Positions 57,492 through 64,000 of a stretch of 64,000 nt of DNA are shown one piece after another. Below the pieces are notes generated by a model. That model searched no databases. It was not told the origin of the DNA and saw only the letters and a program-made list of their open reading frames with translations. The translations under genes and the position numbers were made by a program. Every line of letters begins with the position of its first letter. Position 1 is the first letter of the stretch. The stretch comes from a virus. Its lineage: Duplodnaviria > Caudoviricetes. The DNA lies in IMG/VR virus record IMGVR_UViG_3300028797_000156, positions 11,466 through 75,465 of that record; one strand, given 5' to 3'.

Positions 57492-59753
57492 ATGAGCAAA
57501 CTGATTAAAATCGGTAATAGAGTATATGATTTTGGTACAAAAAATGAATCATTTTTACAAACCGCTTATGAATTAAAAACTCTTGGTATCAAGAACTTTT
57601 ACTTTATGCTCGAAGTTAAGAACCCCCATACGGGGGTACAAGATATCGATCCATATGATCCCAATCTAGATCCAAATCAAATTGGTTCAGTTCTGTTAGA
57701 ATGTAAACAGAACCCTTGGTATTTCTTCCGTGAAGTAGCACGTGTACCGGCGGGTGGTGCACCAGTACCATTCAAAGCTTTATTACACAGATCGGCATGT
57801 GCAATGGTTTGGTGCTACATGAGAAATATCGATTTTATGGTTTGTCAACCTCGACAGACATACAAAACTACATGGATTACTTTATTAACCGAATATGCTT
57901 TTTTATTCGAAGCAAAGAAAATGGTTATACCATTTATGCATCTTAATGAAGGAAAGGTATTAAAGAATACCGCAGACTTCAGAGATTACATCACGGCATT
58001 ACCTGATTATTTAAATCCATGGATGGAAGAAACAAAACTCCCTGGTGTAAAGTCTATCAGAGATGATCGTGAGAAACACCGTGTATCGATTAAGGTAATT
58101 ACATCGGCAGAATCTCCAGAAAAAGCCCGAGACAAACTTAGAGGTGATACTATCTTTATCGGATTCATCGATGAGTGGGAATATATTCCATACATCAATG
58201 AAGTTATCTCAGGCGGTACACCAGCTATGCTCTCAGGTAGAGCTATTGCTGAACAAACACATGGTAGAACGTGTGTTATGTATGCTTCAACACCGGGAGA
58301 TTTGGAAACTGATACGGGTAAAACCGCTCAGCATATTATTGATATGACTCCTCATTTCCATGAAGGATTATATGATGCTACAGATGCTGAAATTAACCTC
58401 TTCTTGATTACAGCAACACATCGTTTTGATGATGAACAAGGAACAAAGGTTGTTGATGAAGAAGCAGGTATTAATGTACCTGTAAAGGACCCTGTATTAG
58501 CAGATGCTCCACAGAGTACACGTGTTTATATTGAATTTAACTATAAACAGTTGAGAAAAACAGAAAAATGGTTACGTGAACAGTATCTTGGTGCTCTCCA
58601 GTCAGGTGAACTTGCAGAGTATCGTCGAGGTGTTCTTTTGGATAGATTCCGTGGTGGTGACGTAGCACTCTTCTTACAGGCTGATATTGACTACATCAAG
58701 GCAATTACACGTGAACCAGATAATCAGATGATTATTAAGTATACTATCCGTGACAAGGTACGTATATTCCATCTTGACATCTATAAACATAAGATCTTCC
58801 AAGGTGATTTAACATTAGATACACCATATTTCGACGTATATATTCCGTATTTAATCGGTATCGACGTTGCAGCTGGTGGTGATGGAGATAACACGGCAAT
58901 TTGTGTTGTTCATCCATATACACTCGAAGTTGTTGCCGAATTACAATCACCTTACATTGGTTTATTTGATTTAATGAAGATCATTACATTCTTGGCAAAA
59001 ACAATACCATCTGGTATCTTCTGTGTAGAAACAAATACAGTTGGTAAAGCCATTGTTGACTTCGTTCAGGAGACGAAACTTGAACATAGATTCTATCATG
59101 ATCCAGAATTGGATATGACTAAGAATGCCACAACAATGCGTGAAGATGATGGTGAATTCATGGAAGCGAAAGCTAAATCAAAACAGTATATCGGTACTTA
59201 TGTAACACCAAAGGTTCGTAAGAACATGATCGATCTTTTGAAGTTACATGTACATGATTATCGTCATTTGATCTATACTAAGGGACTTGTTAATGATATC
59301 ACATCATTGGTTAAAATCAAGGGTAAAGTACAGGCTGGTAAGGATGCACACGATGATATGGTTATGGCATACTTACATACTCTATTTGTACTGTATTATG
59401 GCTTCGATTTAACTAGATTTGGTATTGATACAAACAGATGTTCTTTCAAGAAACCAATAGAAGTTGTTCATGAATATGAAAAAGAAATGGAAGATAAGGT
59501 TATCGATAACATGAAACCTTATGATCATCCAACTATGTATGAAGAACAGTTACTTGATGAATTAACTGGTAGATCAGAAATACCAATGGTGTCAACTATG
59601 ACTGGTACTGATGACTATGGTTATTCAGCAAAAGATTATATTCATAATAGTCCAGAGTATCAAGTTCGTCCGGATCCTCCTCATGAAGAATCATCATTGG
59701 TATTGAATAGTAGTGATTATTCATTCTTGAATTCTGTAAATACGTTTTATTGA
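57492..59753 (+). CDS. terL: Terminase large subunit
   Basis: QNPWYFFRE, PRQTYKTT (Walker A variant), GFIDEW (Walker B), STPG, IGIDVAAG, HDDMVMA; GAAAGGA RBS favours start 57492. Confidence 0.9.
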   Translation: MSKLIKIGNRVYDFGTKNESFLQTAYELKTLGIKNFYFMLEVKNPHTGVQDIDPYDPNLDPNQIGSVLLECKQNPWYFFREVARVPAGGAPVPFKALLHRSACAMVWCYMRNIDFMVCQPRQTYKTTWITLLTEYAFLFEAKKMVIPFMHLNEGKVLKNTADFRDYITALPDYLNPWMEETKLPGVKSIRDDREKHRVSIKVITSAESPEKARDKLRGDTIFIGFIDEWEYIPYINEVISGGTPAMLSGRAIAEQTHGRTCVMYASTPGDLETDTGKTAQHIIDMTPHFHEGLYDATDAEINLFLITATHRFDDEQGTKVVDEEAGINVPVKDPVLADAPQSTRVYIEFNYKQLRKTEKWLREQYLGALQSGELAEYRRGVLLDRFRGGDVALFLQADIDYIKAITREPDNQMIIKYTIRDKVRIFHLDIYKHKIFQGDLTLDTPYFDVYIPYLIGIDVAAGGDGDNTAICVVHPYTLEVVAELQSPYIGLFDLMKIITFLAKTIPSGIFCVETNTVGKAIVDFVQETKLEHRFYHDPELDMTKNATTMREDDGEFMEAKAKSKQYIGTYVTPKVRKNMIDLLKLHVHDYRHLIYTKGLVNDITSLVKIKGKVQAGKDAHDDMVMAYLHTLFVLYYGFDLTRFGIDTNRCSFKKPIEVVHEYEKEMEDKVIDNMKPYDHPTMYEEQLLDELTGRSEIPMVSTMTGTDDYGYSAKDYIHNSPEYQVRPDPPHEESSLVLNSSDYSFLNSVNTFY

Positions 59754-59761
59754 TAAAAAAT

Positions 59762-59785
59762 ATACCCCGGGGAGACCCGGGGTAT
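59762..59785. terminator. Bidirectional terminator
   Basis: ATACCCCGGG-GAGA-CCCGGGGTAT. Confidence 0.75.
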
Positions 59786-59864
59786 TAAATGAAATAATAT
59801 TAGATAGAAAGTTATGTTATACGGATGATTTAGTATAAAAAGGCACGTATTTGCCTTGGAAATA

Positions 59865-60521
59865 TCAGATGTGGAAGTTTGTAAGTATATCACAGTTTCT
59901 AAGTTCTTTTACTGTAATATCTGCATCAATTACGGCATACATGATGTTGTTTAGCAATTCCTTAATTTCAGAATTGTAGATGTGGTAATCCCAATCATTG
60001 AGATACCATTCTGTGCTGGTCTTTGCTCCTACATTTCTGAGTGATCCATCCTTTTCAAAGTTGAACAGAATGTAGAACATTTCATGTGTGGTTCCTATCG
60101 CTTTATTACTGCTATCAGGTCGGTAATTTTCGATAGCGAAATGAAGGATATTTCCACATGGACAACGATCAAGGTAATATTTTACACCATATTCCCAGTG
60201 CTTCACCTTATAGTTTTCTATACTGAAAGCATAGGAATCTGAATCCTCTAGCTCATTAGAAATGCATTTACGAACTTCTTTCAACACTGGTTCATCCAGT
60301 GAATCGAAATATTCTAATTCCACCTCGAGGAAGAAGTCTTTTACAAGCTTCATGATTCTCTCAAAAGATGTTGGCTTTCTTTCAACAATAGCACAAGCCT
60401 CATTTTCTTTCTTTTCCTCATTTTTCATGAAATCGATTATTTCTGTGAGATTCTTCTTAATATCATCATTGTTAAGTGTTTCGAGTAAGTTTTCTAAAAA
60501 TTCTACATTATTCTTATTCAT
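59865..60521 (-). CDS. Hypothetical protein
   Basis: GGAGG RBS; 218 aa. Confidence 0.7.
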   Translation of the reverse strand: MNKNNVEFLENLLETLNNDDIKKNLTEIIDFMKNEEKKENEACAIVERKPTSFERIMKLVKDFFLEVELEYFDSLDEPVLKEVRKCISNELEDSDSYAFSIENYKVKHWEYGVKYYLDRCPCGNILHFAIENYRPDSSNKAIGTTHEMFYILFNFEKDGSLRNVGAKTSTEWYLNDWDYHIYNSEIKELLNNIMYAVIDADITVKELRNCDILTNFHI

Positions 60522-60524
60522 AAT

Positions 60525-61412
60525 TTATTCCTCCATTTTAACACGATACTCTTTTTCAAGAGCTTCTATTGCTTCCTGGTCATTACGTTTCTTGCCTTTA
60601 TGAAAGGCTTCAATGAAGACTGTCTTACCTGATTTATAATGCCTCCAATGACCTCTTACAGGCCATAACTCACATCTTACGACATGATTCTTTTTGAAGG
60701 CCGAGATGATCTTTTTAGGCTTATCATACACAATCAAATCATCAAAGTTGATCATTGTGTATGCTACTGGCTTTTTAACCTTAGCCTTTTTATTAGGCTT
60801 AGGGTTAGCCAGTTTATCCTGTCGATCATATGGTTTGGCTATCTCCCGATAGTCTATTCCTCTGGCACCCAAGTTGTACTTGGTGTACCGTTCGAATGCT
60901 AACCTAAATCGAACCCAACGAGCAACTTCGTCGAGCTTATCATTTATGGTTAGCTCTTTTTCTCTATCTGGAGCTATATCTTCAGAATGCCAGGTAAATA
61001 CCTTATCATATTCACCGGCTTTAAGATATGTCTCCATTTCATCATCAGATACATCTTTTAGATGAAATGATGCTGAAATTCTGACCGTTTCATCCGGTCT
61101 TGTTGGGCCAAAGCCATGCCATATGACTTTAAACCCATTTGAATTCCGATTAATATGTAATCGAATTCTAAGCTTGAAATTGAAGTCTTTCATAGCTTTT
61201 TCCATTTTCTCAAAATCCGACTCAGAAGTTGGCATAACCTCTGCGCCGCCTTGAGCTTTAGGCATGAGCATATCATACCCATCGAATTCGATAATATATT
61301 TATCAAATAAGAAATGAGCTTCATCAGGATCGGAGATCTCGTTATCCATGATATAATCATAGAACTCCTCCATCTTCTGACGCTGATAAGCATTAACCTT
61401 AAACACAATCAA
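60525..61412 (-). CDS. Hypothetical protein with C-terminal VRGHWR motif, paralog of 61419-62168
   Basis: CELWPVRGHWRHYKSGKTVFIEAFHKGKKRN. Confidence 0.75.
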   Translation of the reverse strand: MIVFKVNAYQRQKMEEFYDYIMDNEISDPDEAHFLFDKYIIEFDGYDMLMPKAQGGAEVMPTSESDFEKMEKAMKDFNFKLRIRLHINRNSNGFKVIWHGFGPTRPDETVRISASFHLKDVSDDEMETYLKAGEYDKVFTWHSEDIAPDREKELTINDKLDEVARWVRFRLAFERYTKYNLGARGIDYREIAKPYDRQDKLANPKPNKKAKVKKPVAYTMINFDDLIVYDKPKKIISAFKKNHVVRCELWPVRGHWRHYKSGKTVFIEAFHKGKKRNDQEAIEALEKEYRVKMEE

Positions 61413-61418
61413 TCTTTA

Positions 61419-62168
61419 TCACTCTTCTTTCATCTTAATAGTATATGTTTTGTCCTTCTCAATTCCTTCATTTCTTTTTGTACCCTTATGATAGGAATTG
61501 ATAAAGACTTTCTTTCCTGACTTATAGTGACGCCAGTGTCCTCGAACCTCCCAGTCTTCACACTGGTATGTTCTACTTGTGCCTGTGATTATGCGTTTAA
61601 AATCTCCAGGCTTAATGTATTTTACTATTTCATCCATATTGATAATCGTGTTAACCTGCTGATTTGGCTTTCGTGTTTTGTTTTTCTTCTTATTTTCTTT
61701 TTCTTTGTCAAGAATTCTTTTTGCATATTCCTTTTCTGTTACTTTTCTGAGCTCAAGCCCTCTCATTACAAAGAACTCAAACTCAAAAACTACATGTATT
61801 ATGAATTTCTGCATTGATATCATCCGTTCAACTCTGAGTTTTGGATCTTTTACGGTATCTTTTAAAAATCCCTCATAATACAATCCATCAACTGCATCTA
61901 CAATAGACCCATTATTAGCGGGGTCATTTGTGACACTGAACTCTATCAATTTATTCATCTCATAATCTTTCATGTATGCAGCAAAGTGCCAGTTTTTGCG
62001 ATCAACTCTTAATTGAATTAATCCGTTAATTCCTAATTCATGACATTCGATCGCATACTTATCAAACAAAAACTCCACCGGTGGAGTAAATGTATTCTCT
62101 TTACTCTCCTTTCTGTAGTCTTCTATTAATTTTCTCAGCTGATTTTGTGTTATCTTGAAAATGATCAT
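61419..62168 (-). CDS. Hypothetical protein with C-terminal VRGHWR motif
   Basis: CEDWEVRGHWRHYKSGKKVFINSYHKGTKRN. Confidence 0.75.
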   Translation of the reverse strand: MIIFKITQNQLRKLIEDYRKESKENTFTPPVEFLFDKYAIECHELGINGLIQLRVDRKNWHFAAYMKDYEMNKLIEFSVTNDPANNGSIVDAVDGLYYEGFLKDTVKDPKLRVERMISMQKFIIHVVFEFEFFVMRGLELRKVTEKEYAKRILDKEKENKKKNKTRKPNQQVNTIINMDEIVKYIKPGDFKRIITGTSRTYQCEDWEVRGHWRHYKSGKKVFINSYHKGTKRNEGIEKDKTYTIKMKEE

Positions 62169-62214
62169 AATGATCCCTCCATTTTAATAAATTATACTTC
62201 AAGTATATTCACAA

Positions 62215-62233
62215 TAATAATATACATATGTAA
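62215..62233 (-). promoter_or_regulatory. Candidate early phage promoter
   Basis: Plus strand TAATAATATACATATGTAA. Confidence 0.7.
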
Positions 62234-62255
62234 AAGTAAAATAATAAAAAGACAT

Positions 62256-62278
62256 TTGGGCCCCAAATTGGGGCCCAA
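62256..62278 (-). terminator. Palindromic hairpin/terminator
   Basis: TTGGGCCCCAA-A-TTGGGGCCCAA. Confidence 0.65.
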
Positions 62279-62425
62279 GTTATCTTTTTCTGAGGAAAAT
62301 AGGTTTTGCATTTACTTGTTGACGTGATGGTCACCATCCATCACATCCCGGGGTAAATATATTATAAAAACTGGAGTATCTTTATAATATTACTTATTCA
62401 GTTACTCCTGTTTTTACTTTTATTA

Positions 62426-63175
62426 TTAGATCTGCATTATCATGCATTCATCTTCGCCAACTCTTGAGAGCTTCGGAACCTTGCAAGTATCAGAATACTT
62501 TTCGAGTATTGCATTGTAGTGTTCACACATGAACTTCTGAGCTGACTTGAAGATCTTTATAGTTTCTTCCATCCACTGCTTAACTTCATTAGATGGAGCT
62601 GTTTCCATATTGAATGTTTTATATTTTACTTCTGCCTTTCTGATGTCTCTATATGCAAAAGAGATGTTGCAGAGATCTTCATCAAAGCCGTTTTCAATCG
62701 TGATATCTCCAAAAGCACGTACAGTAATCCAATAGTTACCGATAAGCTTAGGGAATGATAAAGCCATAGTCCAGTGAAGTGATTCCTTAGATTCTTCTTC
62801 ATCTCTGAGTTTTGGTTCATACCATGTTCCGAATGAGAATGGGAGAGTTTCAGCTCTGTCAGCCTCATCAGTGAGTATGATGTAATCGAATAACACTGAG
62901 AAGCCACCAAGGAAGCCATCTGTATTACAGCATTGAATGCAAACAGTATCATCACCCATGCCAAAGATGTGTGAACGTCTAGCATCATTGTCCGCATCAA
63001 CACAGAGTGCTACATAACGGCTGAGATCTTTTAAGCCTTTTACTGATTCATTAATTTTCATAATAATTTTCTCCTTTGTAAATAGTTTGTGGTTAACGTG
63101 CACTGAAAAATACTCCAACATACCGATTGAGTATCTCCGGACCATATTTATCATGCACATACCGTAACATGTCAT
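62426..63175 (-). CDS. Hypothetical protein (likely start MKINES, ~63061)
   Basis: AAGGAG RBS before MKINES. Confidence 0.65.
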   Translation of the reverse strand: MTCYGMCMINMVRRYSIGMLEYFSVHVNHKLFTKEKIIMKINESVKGLKDLSRYVALCVDADNDARRSHIFGMGDDTVCIQCCNTDGFLGGFSVLFDYIILTDEADRAETLPFSFGTWYEPKLRDEEESKESLHWTMALSFPKLIGNYWITVRAFGDITIENGFDEDLCNISFAYRDIRKAEVKYKTFNMETAPSNEVKQWMEETIKIFKSAQKFMCEHYNAILEKYSDTCKVPKLSRVGEDECMIMQI

Positions 63176-63428
63176 ATCCCGGTTTTAATTTTTCAATCAA
63201 AGCAGGGATGTCTACATCTCCTACTTCTGATAACTTGATTAATGCTCGGTCATAACATTCATCAAAGTTATTAGTGTAGAAGTGTAGATTCATGGCTCCG
63301 ATTACTCGTAATACCATGAGAGCTTCAGAATTGATGAATCTGATTTCCTCATATTTATCCAGTATTTCACATGATTTTTCATACCATATCTCAGCATCCT
63401 GATTATATCTTGATACAGTAATCGGCAT
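63093..63428 (-). CDS. Hypothetical protein
   Basis: AGGAGGTG RBS; 111 aa. Confidence 0.65.
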   Translation of the reverse strand: MPITVSRYNQDAEIWYEKSCEILDKYEEIRFINSEALMVLRVIGAMNLHFYTNNFDECYDRALIKLSEVGDVDIPALIEKLKPGYDMLRYVHDKYGPEILNRYVGVFFSAR

Positions 63429-63441
63429 CTTATCACCTCCT

Positions 63442-64000
63442 TTACTTAATTAAATTATTCATCTGGATCTTCTGCAGAATACTCTGTTCAGTCTTAATGA
63501 CTTCTGGATTCTGTTGACGATATCCATCCTGAACTTCTACTTTATCTTCATGAGTTAATGAAGTTGAGTTAATAGCCATCAAATAAGATTTCATATTCAT
63601 TATTACTTCCTTATTGACACCATTATTTGCTCTATTAACATCAGCCATTAACATGTCAATGTCATATGTTTTACCCTTTCTGAACAGGTCATAACGATTA
63701 TGAGCATTTTCCTGAGTCCAATCAAATGCAACTGGTTCGCCATTCTTATCACATAATCCAAAGTACTTACTATCTTTCTTAGTATTATTTTCTGTTGGAG
63801 CGAATCTATTATAGATTGTGTTACGACTCTGGATAACTGGACCAAGAGGAGTGAACTGTCCACGACGATGAGCTGCAACATAGAAATCTTCTTCTTCTCT
63901 CGAGATAACACCATACGGCATATCGATATATTCGCAATCTGAATAATCCTTTGGTACATATGTTTTCTCATTCTTATCAACCAATTCAACTTCACCAGTG
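63442..64000 (-). CDS. 3' part of a gene entering from the right edge
   Basis: Frame stays open upstream of the track's TTG (TGEVELVDKNE...). Confidence 0.65.
   Translation of the reverse strand, partial: TGEVELVDKNEKTYVPKDYSDCEYIDMPYGVISREEEDFYVAAHRRGQFTPLGPVIQSRNTIYNRFAPTENNTKKDSKYFGLCDKNGEPVAFDWTQENAHNRYDLFRKGKTYDIDMLMADVNRANNGVNKEVIMNMKSYLMAINSTSLTHEDKVEVQDGYRQQNPEVIKTEQSILQKIQMNNLIK

Noticed and set aside
1-64000. tRNA or rRNA genes
   Set aside because: TTCGA-type motifs occur only inside coding regions and no cloverleaf was found by eye; tRNAscan-SE would settle it

Overview
A 64-kb AT-rich segment of a jumbo myophage of the phiKZ/AR9(PBS1) type, probably infecting an anaerobic Firmicute (inferred from strong AGGAGG ribosome-binding sites and a class III ribonucleotide reductase). 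From left to right: (1) a minus-strand tail fibre/baseplate module with two paralogous ~850-aa proteins and a glycine-rich adhesin carrying nested lectin-like inserts; (2) an nrdD-nrdG operon in which nrdD is split by an ORF-less 302-nt group I intron just before the catalytic Cys, followed by a 48-aa ORF and a free-standing HNH endonuclease; (3) a 27-kb minus-strand early/accessory block of mostly unknown genes, including an Rnl1-type RNA ligase, two sigma70-r4-like HTH proteins, an HExxH metallopeptidase, two BCS1-like AAA ATPases among small membrane proteins, an RNA polymerase beta' C-half and a gyrB split into two genes; (4) plus-strand core genes: RNAP beta' N-half with DYDGD, a 1223-aa tail sheath, tail tube, a gp26-like hub/chaperone with a candidate -1 frameshift extension, an RNAP beta C-half and the terminase large subunit; (5) more minus-strand unknowns. 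Two candidate phage promoter classes are visible (sense TATGTATATTATTA; AACR-N6-TA). Several intergenic spacers carry runs of perfect inverted repeats, most strikingly an A-B-A'-B' four-hairpin array at 16389-16576. No tRNA, rRNA, CRISPR array, reverse transcriptase or transposase was recognised. All family assignments come from motif recognition by eye, not database searches.
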